NCBI GenBank assembly: GCA_040905715.1
Contig: JBBDRA010000002.1
Span: 101,968-165,967 of the forward strand
From: Minisyncoccota bacterium
GTDB lineage: Bacteria > Patescibacteriota > Minisyncoccia > Phycocordibacterales > CSBR16-193
Reading direction: 5' to 3'
Length of the DNA: 64,000 bases
Shown here: positions 40,648-48,805 of the stretch, one piece after another
Position numbering within the stretch: the first letter of the stretch is position 1
How the letters are laid out: every line of letters begins with the position of its first letter
Notes under the pieces: model-generated
The model's database searches: none
What the model was told of the DNA's origin: nothing
Seen by the model: the letters and a program-made list of their open reading frames with translations, nothing else
Position numbers and translations under genes: made by a program

Positions 40648-40835
40648 ATTTATATACAAAACCTGCTTGTACACTTCTAGAAGTGTACAAGCTTTTCCTT
40701 CCTGGAAAACGCCGTTCGGATTCTCACACGTCTGTTTCGGAGGGTGCAGAGAGGTCCTTTATGCTATGAGTAATCAGTAGCGATCTCTCTCGGACATGTT
40801 GCCTTTTTTGATCAGGTGATGTAGGATACTCGCGT

Positions 40836-41102
40836 ATGCCAAATCTACAGGCAAGTAAAAAATCACTTCGAGCTGATCGGAAAAAAACCGTATTTAATCA
40901 GCGAAAGAAAGTTTTAATGAAAAAAGCGATCAAAAAAGTTCGCGACCTTACTATTGCCGGTGATGTGAAGGAGGCGCAGGAGAATCTGCCGGCTGCCTAC
41001 GAGGCGATCGACAAGGCCTTGAAGCGAAAGGTTATTAAGAAAAACACTGCCGCACGCAAGAAATCAAGACTGGTAGGTGCGATCAAGCGGGTGCAGGAGT
41101 AA
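40836..41102 (+). CDS. rpsT: 30S ribosomal protein S20
   Basis: MPNLQASKKSLR...IDKA...IKKNTAARKKSRL. Confidence 0.96.
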   Translation: MPNLQASKKSLRADRKKTVFNQRKKVLMKKAIKKVRDLTIAGDVKEAQENLPAAYEAIDKALKRKVIKKNTAARKKSRLVGAIKRVQE

Positions 41103-41125
41103 GTTAACCTTTATACAAAGATCAA

Positions 41126-41159
41126 TAAAAATAAGACACCGTTCGGTGTCTTATTTTTT
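41126..41159 (+). terminator. rpsT terminator
   Basis: AAAAATAAGACACC-GTTC-GGTGTCTTATTTTT. Confidence 0.8.
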
Positions 41160-41221
41160 ATTAAATTTGGTGTACTTAATTTTCTGATGCCCCGCTGGCT
41201 GGCGGAGAACTAGAAAAAGAA

Positions 41222-41499
41222 GTGCTCCCGGCAGGAATCGGCCCCGCGAGTTCTAAGTATTTTGCTTCGCTCAAACAAATAAGGCTTCTTGTGTTTTCTT
41301 CGAAAACATCCGCGAAGCGAATGTGTGCTTTTTTGGATACGGAACGTTACACTTGCAAAAAACACACATTCGCCTGGCCGGCGCCTCACATCGCTACGCG
41401 ATATGTTCCGGCGCTTCGATTCCTGACGAAAGTGCAGAAATGCACTTTCTCCGGAAACACAAATTAAAAAAACCAGGTAAAACCTGATTTTTTAATTTG
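41222..41499 (-). mobile_element. tRNA-Arg(GCG) 3' trailer cassette
   Basis: 19-bp GTGCTCCCGGCAGGAATCG at 41222-41240 equals 41499-41517; inverted TTCGATTCCTG at 41415-41425; 53 bp identical to 51385-51437. Confidence 0.8.
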
Positions 41500-41571
41500 T
41501 GCTCCCGGCAGGAATCGAACCTACATTACGAGCTCCGCAAGCCCGCGTTCTATCCGTTGAACTACGGGAGC
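41500..41571 (-). tRNA. tRNA-Arg(GCG)
   Basis: Cloverleaf; anticodon arm CGGGC-TTGCGGA-GCTCG. Confidence 0.93.
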
Positions 41572-41708
41572 AAATGAGGGGTATCGCGCAAAAGCATACT
41601 CTCTGGCAAGTGAGGGATACGAGAAAACTCGTTTTCATCGTATCACGAACGAAGTCAGAGAAAGCTATGCGACTTTGTTTTCTTTTGAACAGCTTTGCTT
41701 ACGGGAGC
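41572..41708 (-). mobile_element. tRNA-Arg(GCG) 5' leader cassette
   Basis: GCTCCCGTA duplicated at 41700-41708; 128-bp body about 93% identical by hand count to 45994-46121. Confidence 0.8.
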
Positions 41709-41782
41709 AAGGCTTGCGTCAACGCGATAAACTGTATCCTGAAACGAATGCGCTGTAAAGCAGGGCTTTGCTGTTAGAACAA

Positions 41783-42307
41783 CTAAAAGCCCATCCACTC
41801 CATGATTTTTTGCGAAAGTGGTTCAAACAACTCTTCCTCATCCACAAAATCAAGCATGTAGTCGGTAACATCTTCCGGATCCACCTCTTCTTCATTGATC
41901 GGAATAACAATGAGTGGCATGAGTATCTTATGAGATTTAGCCAGTAGTTTTGGTCCTTCCTGGCTCTCTTCATCGTTTTCTACCCAAAATGATTCAAGAG
42001 TGTTAAATGGATATAGTTTTTTGTTGATTACTACGCCTCGACTCGTGATAGCAATATTCATTTCCGCAGGACCGTTGAGCGACTGGATCATCAACGCAAT
42101 TGCGGCTATAACGATCAGGATTGCAAACAAAAAGTTTCCGAAAATAATAGATGCCATCGCAATAGAAAGAGCAATAAGTCCAACTGCCCAGTACCAATCA
42201 GCTGTTTTGTTTAGATGCTCATGCTCTAGCGTTGACCACTCAAGTTTTTCAGGAAGGTCAGGGTGCGAGTGCACCAAGGTATGAGTTGACTGAGGTGATC
42301 GTGCCAT
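41783..42307 (-). CDS. Hypothetical membrane protein (two TM + PH-like domain)
   Basis: W...EH....K.ADWYW, two TM helices, LYPFNTLESFW. Confidence 0.75.
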   Translation of the reverse strand: MARSPQSTHTLVHSHPDLPEKLEWSTLEHEHLNKTADWYWAVGLIALSIAMASIIFGNFLFAILIVIAAIALMIQSLNGPAEMNIAITSRGVVINKKLYPFNTLESFWVENDEESQEGPKLLAKSHKILMPLIVIPINEEEVDPEDVTDYMLDFVDEEELFEPLSQKIMEWMGF

Positions 42308-42436
42308 AGATAGATATTATTATATCACACACACGCATGCAGCAATCAACGTTTTCGATACCGTTTCTTAGATGAATATAGATATTACAAAACCTAATTA
42401 TTGTGGCGAGTGCTTCTCTTTGGTAAGATGGCGTAG

Positions 42437-42688
42437 ATGGAGAATATTAATGATTCGACGCTTGTAACACTGCTTGCTATTGTTGTGGTTACCTTGCCGT
42501 TTAAAGGAACAGCATTATGGATGGCGGCACGTCGATCACACATGAGGTGGTTTATCGTGCTGTTGATCGTTAACAGCCTTGCTATTCTCGAAATCATCTA
42601 TATATTCTTTATTGCGAAGCAGTACACTGTTGAAGTGGAAGAAACGAATGCTGATTCGAGACACTCGTCGTCAGACATTGAAAAATAA
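42437..42688 (+). CDS. Small membrane protein (DUF5652-like)
   Basis: KGTALWMAARR...WFIVLLIVNSLAILEIIYIF. Confidence 0.75.
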   Translation: MENINDSTLVTLLAIVVVTLPFKGTALWMAARRSHMRWFIVLLIVNSLAILEIIYIFFIAKQYTVEVEETNADSRHSSSDIEK

Positions 42689-42693
42689 CATAC

Positions 42694-42777
42694 GGAGGGC
42701 TGCGCCGAATGGCTAAGGCACCGGTCTTGAAAACCGGCGGGTTCACGCCCTTGTGGGTTCGAGTCCCACGCCCTCCG
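42694..42777 (+). tRNA. tRNA-Ser(TGA)
   Basis: Anticodon arm CCGGT-CTTGAAA-ACCGG, long variable arm, G73. Confidence 0.95.
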
Positions 42778-42843
42778 CACCGAGATTATTTATGAGTTTG
42801 CTCACTTGCTACTGCATACCGAATACGAGATACTGAATACTGT

Positions 42844-43227
42844 ATGAAATATCTCGGTATCGACTTCGGCACAAAGAAAGTTGGTCTTGCTCTCTCAGAC
42901 GAGTCAGGAACATTTGCGAATCCATTGAAAGTGATCCCGAATAATGATGATCTCGTTAATGAGATCAAACGATTATGCGCAGAGCACGAGGTTTCGGTGA
43001 TCGTGCTTGGTTTATCAACAAATTTTAAAGGAGAGGATAACCCGGTAATGAAAGAAGCGCGTCAGGTGAAGGAGGTGCTTGAACGAGATGAAGCAGTCAA
43101 GGTAGAACTTGAACCGGAATTTCTTACTACTGCACACGCCGCGCGCACCGAAGAAAACAAAGCCACGCTCGACGCTTCTGCAGCAGCGTTGATACTCCAG
43201 AGTTTTCTTGATCGCCACAAGGAATAG
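42844..43227 (+). CDS. ruvX: YqgF/RuvX pre-16S rRNA nuclease
   Basis: YLGIDFGTKKVGLALSD, E.LTT, DASAAALILQSFLD. Confidence 0.93.
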   Translation: MKYLGIDFGTKKVGLALSDESGTFANPLKVIPNNDDLVNEIKRLCAEHEVSVIVLGLSTNFKGEDNPVMKEARQVKEVLERDEAVKVELEPEFLTTAHAARTEENKATLDASAAALILQSFLDRHKE

Positions 43228-43286
43228 GTTTTTCTTGTGCGCATAAGCAGGTTTTGAAACGCACGCACCTGCGTTATAATACCTCT

Positions 43287-44351
43287 ATGACAAGCAACGA
43301 GTTCCTGCACTTTTTTCCAGCACCAACATTTCTTCAGATGCCGACTGCCGGGCTTGATATTGCTGATGGAGAAATACGTTTCATTGAGCTTCGCGAAGAC
43401 CGCGGAGTTCTTGGGCTTCAAAATTACGGGATGCAAAAGATAGCTAATGACGTGATCGAAGAAGGCTCTATTGAGAAAAAAGAGGAACTTGTAGCAGCTC
43501 TTACAAAAATCCGCGAAGAGAACGGTCTTAAGTTTGTGCGAGTCTCTCTCCCCGAAGAAAAATCATACGTATTTCATACAACAGTTCCGTACGCTGCAAA
43601 CCCTGATGAAATGCGAGACGCTATTAGCTTCACGATCGAAGAAAACGTTCCTCTGTCAGCGGAAAATGTAGTGTTCGATTACAACGTGATAGGTAGAAAG
43701 TCCGTAAAGGTATCGGAAGATGTGGATGTTGCTGTCTCGGCACTCCCGATCAATGTTGTAGAAATGTATATTGATGTAATTCGATCAAGCGGGTTACGCC
43801 CGATGTCACTTATGGTTGAGTCGCAAGCTATCGCGCGATCGGTGGTCCCAAAGGAAAATCCAAATTCATTCTTGGTTATAAATATCGATACGGAAACATC
43901 GGTGGTATATATCGTAAATAATAATACAGTACACTTCACGTCAGCGTTTCCTACAAAAAATGCAGGTTCAAGTGTTTTAACTTCTAGCACTTCGATCACC
44001 CAAGAAGGGGAGCTTGTTGATAATAAGGAAGATTCAATAAGTGAAGAAGATACTTTTTTCTCGAATGCGTCTGAGATACTTGCTGAAGTAAAGCGAGTGT
44101 ATGATTATTGGCATTCGCGTGGCATCGGGTCACAAAAGGACAACCAAGTGAAAAAATTTCTTATATGTGGAGATCACGCCCTCGATAAACAGTTTCAGAA
44201 AAAGCTTGCTGAAACATTTTCGGTTGATGTTGAGACCGCGAATGTCTGGATAAACGCGATGACATTTGACGAGTCTGTACCAGAGATACCTGTTGATGAA
44301 GCACTGCGGTATGCTGCCGCGATCGGTTTGGCACTTCCTCAAAATATATGA
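43287..44351 (+). CDS. pilM: Type IV pilus assembly protein PilM
   Basis: Actin-like fold motifs GLDIADGEIRFIEL, EENVPL, YAAAIGLAL. Confidence 0.88.
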   Translation: MTSNEFLHFFPAPTFLQMPTAGLDIADGEIRFIELREDRGVLGLQNYGMQKIANDVIEEGSIEKKEELVAALTKIREENGLKFVRVSLPEEKSYVFHTTVPYAANPDEMRDAISFTIEENVPLSAENVVFDYNVIGRKSVKVSEDVDVAVSALPINVVEMYIDVIRSSGLRPMSLMVESQAIARSVVPKENPNSFLVINIDTETSVVYIVNNNTVHFTSAFPTKNAGSSVLTSSTSITQEGELVDNKEDSISEEDTFFSNASEILAEVKRVYDYWHSRGIGSQKDNQVKKFLICGDHALDKQFQKKLAETFSVDVETANVWINAMTFDESVPEIPVDEALRYAAAIGLALPQNI

Positions 44352-44899
44352 TCAACCTGCTACCAGAGAGTGAGAAAAAACGAGTTCGCCGCGAATATAA
44401 TGTGCGCCGCATGGTTGTCGTGGTTATTTTTGCGTGTGTGACCGGTGTTATTGTCGGTATTGCGTTGCTGCCATCCTATATGCATGTGCAGGCGCGTAAA
44501 CAAGCACTTAGCCAAGAACTTGATCATCTGGAAAGATCAACAGACAGTAAAAGATCGCAAGAGTATGCAGAACGTCTTGAACGCGCGAATCAAATGATAT
44601 CTATTCTGACTCCACACAAAAATTACATTCCGGCCTATGTCCTCATAGAGAATTTAGTTGATAACCTGACGGAAGAGGTAAGATTACGCGGTATGAGTTA
44701 CGAGCGCAAAATCACAGAAGATGGTGAGCGCAGTATCCTTTTGTCAGTGACCGGTGTTGCTGCGGATCGGGACGCTCTCACCGCGTTAAAACAAGCACTC
44801 GAAGAAGTTTCGTATTTCGATGAAGTTGATCTACCGATCTCGAATTTTGCGGAGCGAGAGAATATTGAGTTCTCCATGACCTTAACCGGAACCCTCTAA
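44348..44899 (+). CDS. pilN: PilN-like protein
   Basis: MINLLP N-terminus, TM, coiled coil, G.A..R..L. Confidence 0.85.
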   Translation: MINLLPESEKKRVRREYNVRRMVVVVIFACVTGVIVGIALLPSYMHVQARKQALSQELDHLERSTDSKRSQEYAERLERANQMISILTPHKNYIPAYVLIENLVDNLTEEVRLRGMSYERKITEDGERSILLSVTGVAADRDALTALKQALEEVSYFDEVDLPISNFAERENIEFSMTLTGTL

Positions 44900-44904
44900 C
44901 ACAT

Positions 44905-45450
44905 ATGTCCTCGAGTATAAAAACATTATCAATATCATGTCTTGTCGTTCTCGTTGTGAGCGGTATTGTGATCGGTTTTTTCTACGAGATACGATCAGTG
45001 AACAGTGAAGCGAATGCTATTGCAGAACAGGTGAGGGTTGAGCGTGAGCGTCAGCAACGTTCAGAGTCAGTACAGGAAACACTTGAGAACAACGTTCAAG
45101 AGATCAACAGTCTTGGCTCATATATTGTGGGTGCAGATGAAACACCTGATTTCTTGAGCATGGTGGAAGAAGTTGGCACACAAAGCGGGGCCACTATCAG
45201 TACAGAATCAGTAGAGACATTGGATGAGGACGAATCAGATCAAGGGGAGCTTTTACAGATGAACGTAGTGATCTCCGGAAGTTGGCAGGAGGTATACCGT
45301 TCGGTCGCTCTAATAGAAACATTGCCATTCAAGATCACGGTGACTGCTTTTAATTTTTCTCAGAAAAGCACCGGAGAAGAAGAGGGCCCTGCTATTCAGT
45401 GGGAGGCAAAGGTAAAATTAGATGTCGTTAAATTAACTTCAACTCTATAA
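44905..45450 (+). CDS. pilO: PilO-like protein
   Basis: TM + coiled coil + GSWQEV...IETLP; position in pilMNO. Confidence 0.7.
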   Translation: MSSSIKTLSISCLVVLVVSGIVIGFFYEIRSVNSEANAIAEQVRVERERQQRSESVQETLENNVQEINSLGSYIVGADETPDFLSMVEEVGTQSGATISTESVETLDEDESDQGELLQMNVVISGSWQEVYRSVALIETLPFKITVTAFNFSQKSTGEEEGPAIQWEAKVKLDVVKLTSTL

Positions 45451-45452
45451 TT

Positions 45453-45791
45453 ATGTTCGCTCGTATTAAAAAACAACTACGCGCAGTGATCCCGCAAGGC
45501 AAGGGGCGGGGTACCGGTGCGCACCCAATGTTTCAACCGGAGCATGACTGGCAGATCATGAGCGCTGCGTTTATTGTAGTAAATGTAGTGGTCGCCGTTA
45601 TTGCGTGGTATATGTACATTCAGGTAGAGTCAGGAACCTTTTTTGCGAGCACTGTTGTGCAGGAAGAGAATAGCAGTGCTCAACTTCAAAAAAATGAACT
45701 GACAAATATCATTGAACATTACGAGCAAAAAAAGAGACGTTCCGGTGAATTTCAACGCGAAGCCGAGGTCATAATTGACCCTTCAGAGTAA
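45453..45791 (+). CDS. Hypothetical single-TM protein in the PilP position
   Basis: 112-aa ORF ending IIDPS. Confidence 0.6.
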   Translation: MFARIKKQLRAVIPQGKGRGTGAHPMFQPEHDWQIMSAAFIVVNVVVAVIAWYMYIQVESGTFFASTVVQEENSSAQLQKNELTNIIEHYEQKKRRSGEFQREAEVIIDPSE

Positions 45792-45835
45792 TGGTAGTAT
45801 GGTTTTGGGGCTTGCTTATTGAGTGAGCAGAATTT

Positions 45836-46194
45836 GCTCCCGTAAGTAAACTTGCTCTGACAACGCTCGGACGGTACGTAAACGCGTTTCCGACCGCTCC
45901 TCGCTTGTCAGAGTAAGCGAAGCTTTCGAAAGCTACATTCGCGGATCATGCAAAAGCAAGCACCACCAGGGCACTTCTTGTTTTCTAATTCACAGCGAAG
46001 CTGTTCATAAGAAAACAAAGTCGCATAGCTTTCTCTGACTTCGTTCGTGATACGATGAAAACGAGTTTTCTCGTATCACTCACTTGTCAGAGAGTATGCT
46101 TTTGCGTGATGCCGTTCACTTGCTCCCGTAAGCGAAGCTTTCGGGATCTGCGTTCGAAGAAAATAGAAGTAAACTTCAATTTTGCTTCTCACTT
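45836..46194 (+). mobile_element. Stacked tRNA-Arg(TCT) 5' leader cassettes
   Basis: GCTCCCGTA at 45836, 46122 and at the tRNA start 46195; AGCGAAGCT starts, TCACTT ends. Confidence 0.8.
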
Positions 46195-46266
46195 GCTCCC
46201 GTAGTTCAACGGATAGAACAAGGGGCTTCTATCCCCTCAATGTGGGTTCGATTCCTACCGGGAGCA
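46195..46266 (+). tRNA. tRNA-Arg(TCT)
   Basis: Anticodon arm AGGGG-CTTCTAT-CCCCT; GGTTCGATTCC. Confidence 0.95.
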
Positions 46267-46422
46267 CAATGAAACACACGGATGTTTTTGAAAAAAACAT
46301 CCGTGTGTTTCGTATTTTGGAGTAGGAATCGAACCGGGAAGGGGTCGGGGAACGGTAGTTCCCCGTGAAGGAAAGGTGGAAAAACCGTGGGTTTTCCAGA
46401 TGTTCTTTCCTGCCGGGAGCAC
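46267..46422 (+). mobile_element. tRNA-Arg(TCT) 3' trailer cassette (GGGAAGGGGTCGGG family)
   Basis: Hairpin 46271-46311; antisense T-arm GTAGGAATCGAACC at 46322-46335; conserved core; 3' duplicate TTCCTGCCGGGAGCAC at 46407-46422. Confidence 0.8.
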
Positions 46423-46582
46423 TACCAGAGTACTTCTTTATTTCTAACTCGCTTCCGCTCATAAGGGCTAAAAGTCGCACAACCAGAGCACCTCTTAAAA
46501 TATCCCACCGTAACAAACTGTCGGCAAAACCAGTCTTCACTAGCAGGCGTTTCATGTTCCTTCAAATATAAAGGATGCCAAG

Positions 46583-47161
46583 ATGGTGAAGAAGAAGGTA
46601 AAAGCGAAAGTCGGCGAGAACAGATCTCCTCAGCTAACGGGTGAACAAATACAGTATATCGAAGAGAGAATAGCCAGTATTGGATCGGCAAAGCGTTCGC
46701 TCGATGAGTTGCAGGCGCAAATGGATCAGCAGATCGAAGAGGTTCGCGAGTCGTTCCGATCACGAACACAGCAGAGTGCTACTGTGGTTCAGGAAAAGCT
46801 AGATGAGCTCTATCAGTTCTGTGAGGAGAACGCCGAGGCGGTTACTCAGGGCGGACTTCAGCAAAGTGTGAAGGTAAGCAACGGGCAACTTGGTTGGAGA
46901 TTAGGGAATACCACCGTGGAAGTAATAGAAGCTGAAGATTCGGTGATAGCTCGTATCAAGCAGCGCAGTCTAAGTCGAAAGTTGTTGATACAGACTCCGC
47001 GACTGAACAAGATAGCTATCAAAGCTTTTCTGGAAGCCGGTTGCCGCATTAAGGGTGTTGTGCTCAAAACACCTCAGCGGTTCTTCGTAAAGCCCTCTGA
47101 GACCGTGGAAGGGGTCTCGAAAGATGTTCAGACACTTCAAAAGCTCTCCGGCAAAAAGTAA
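46583..47161 (+). CDS. Mu Gam-family host-nuclease inhibitor / DNA end-binding protein
   Basis: Helical N-half, FCEEN, SVKVSNGQLGWR, LNKIAI, IKGV, FFVKP. Confidence 0.8.
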   Translation: MVKKKVKAKVGENRSPQLTGEQIQYIEERIASIGSAKRSLDELQAQMDQQIEEVRESFRSRTQQSATVVQEKLDELYQFCEENAEAVTQGGLQQSVKVSNGQLGWRLGNTTVEVIEAEDSVIARIKQRSLSRKLLIQTPRLNKIAIKAFLEAGCRIKGVVLKTPQRFFVKPSETVEGVSKDVQTLQKLSGKK

Positions 47162-47181
47162 GGAGAAAGGCGAAGAAATAT

Positions 47182-47205
47182 AAGCAACCCTTGCGGTTGC
47201 TTTTT
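47182..47205 (+). terminator. Intrinsic terminator after the gam-like gene
   Basis: AAGCAACC-CTTGC-GGTTGCTTTTT. Confidence 0.7.
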
Positions 47206-47264
47206 GTGTGGAGAATCCGGTCATTGCAGCTTTTTAATTTGTGATATACTTCTATCCCAACAAC

Positions 47265-47340
47265 ACAAGTGAGTAGATAAAGAGGAAGAGGGTGTAATTC
47301 CCCACAGTCGCGCTACTGTAAAGTCAGACCTTCTTTATCG
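47265..47340 (+). promoter_or_regulatory. Cobalamin riboswitch (compact class II / AdoCbl-variant-like)
   Basis: GATAAAGAGGAA-GAGGGTGTAATTCCC-ACAGTCGCGCTACTGT-AAAGTCAGACCT-TCTTTATC; extended -10 TGaTATACT upstream; hairpin + T run at 47401-47428. Confidence 0.8.
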
Positions 47341-47475
47341 AACTTTTCCAAAGCTCACCGTGACGCGCGTTTCGTCGACTTTCTATATATAAGTCGAATT
47401 AACGTGTGCACGAAGTGCACACGTTTTCTGTTAAACAGAAATGGGCGCTGTTGGTTTATCAGTAACTTCACTTAT

Positions 47476-48786
47476 ATGAAAATCACTGAAGTTCGGAAAC
47501 GCAATGGCTCTGTTCAGGTATTTGATAGCAGTAAGATCACCAAGGCAGTTACAAAAGCGTTTGATGCGATTGAGGGTGGCAGCAACGCTGACGCGACAAA
47601 GGTGGCAAAAAATGTTGAAAAAAAGGTGGTAGAGATGTGTGAACAGGATGCAAAGCTCCCTGATAGTTCACCGAAGAAAAAATGTAAAGACGGAAAACCT
47701 TCAGTAGAGGAGATCCAGGATCTGGTCGAAGAAGCGCTTATGGAAATGGAGTTTTATGATGTCGCTAAGGCGTATATCTTGTACAGGAATAAACGAAAGG
47801 AGATGCGTGAGCGAGACCTTTTTCGCAAACGGATCAACCTTAAGCCGTATGAATATCCGGAACTCGTGGAATACGTTGATGCTATACGGCATTCGTACTG
47901 GATCCATACCGAATTCAATTACACAAGTGATGTGCACGACTACAAGGTAAATATCACGGACATAGAAAGAAGCGCTCTTAAAAATGCAATGCTGGCCATT
48001 GCTCAGATCGAAGTGGCGGTCAAAACGTTCTGGGGAGATCTCTATAAAAAAATGCCAAAGCCGGAGCTTGGCGCGGTCGGGTACACCTTCGCTGAAAGCG
48101 AGGTGCGGCATATGAATGCGTATTCTCACCTCCTTGAGATCCTCGGTCTCAATAATGAATTTGAAGACCTCGTTGATGTGCCGGTTATACAAGGCCGGGT
48201 TGCGTATCTTGAAAAAGTGGTTGCGCTATCTCGGACCGATGACAACAAAGAATACACACAGGCAATTCTCCTATTCTCTCTCTTCGTTGAACATGTGTCG
48301 TTGTTCTCACAGTTTCTGGTAATGATGTCATTCAATAAATACAAGAACCTTTTTAAGGGCATCTCGAATACTGTTGAGGCCACATCGAAAGAAGAACAGA
48401 TCCACGGACTCTTTGGTATCGACCTTATCAATACGATTCATCGCGAACACCCGGAGTGGTTTGATGATAGAACAAAAGCTCTCATTGAGAATATGACACA
48501 GGAAGCATTCAAGGCAGAGGAGGGAATAGTCGATTGGATCTTCGAGGCAGGAGAGCTTGATTTTCTACCGAAAAAGGACGTGAAAGAGTTTATAAAGCAA
48601 AGGCTCAATAATTCACTGGTGAGTATTAAAATGAAGCCGCTCTTTGAAGTGGATGAAGAGATCGTTTCGTCTCTCAGCTGGTTCGATGAAGAAGTGATCG
48701 GCACAAAGCACGTCGATTTCTTTGCAAAGCGGTCAATTAATTACAACAAACGAAAAAGCAGCATAACGAGCGCTGACCTTTTTTAG
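47476..48786 (+). CDS. nrdB: Ribonucleotide reductase beta subunit with N-terminal ATP-cone (class Id / NrdBi-like)
   Basis: ATP-cone VRKRNG..FD..KI...VEEIQD.VE..L...YILYR; ferritin-like EVAVK, ESEVRH, EHVSLFS, EEQIH. Confidence 0.92.
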   Translation: MKITEVRKRNGSVQVFDSSKITKAVTKAFDAIEGGSNADATKVAKNVEKKVVEMCEQDAKLPDSSPKKKCKDGKPSVEEIQDLVEEALMEMEFYDVAKAYILYRNKRKEMRERDLFRKRINLKPYEYPELVEYVDAIRHSYWIHTEFNYTSDVHDYKVNITDIERSALKNAMLAIAQIEVAVKTFWGDLYKKMPKPELGAVGYTFAESEVRHMNAYSHLLEILGLNNEFEDLVDVPVIQGRVAYLEKVVALSRTDDNKEYTQAILLFSLFVEHVSLFSQFLVMMSFNKYKNLFKGISNTVEATSKEEQIHGLFGIDLINTIHREHPEWFDDRTKALIENMTQEAFKAEEGIVDWIFEAGELDFLPKKDVKEFIKQRLNNSLVSIKMKPLFEVDEEIVSSLSWFDEEVIGTKHVDFFAKRSINYNKRKSSITSADLF

Positions 48787-48805
48787 CATTTTAAAACAGA
48801 TCTGT

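Noticed and set aside
45836-46203. CRISPR array (repeat-spacer appearance of the tRNA leader stacks)
   Set aside because: The repeats are only 9-13 bp and equal the tRNA 5' end, the spacers are irregular and related to each other, and there are no cas genes in the window.
46267-47205. Prophage or integrative island at tRNA-Arg(TCT)
   Set aside because: No integrase or structural genes; the 3' duplicate lies before the gam-like gene and so does not enclose it.
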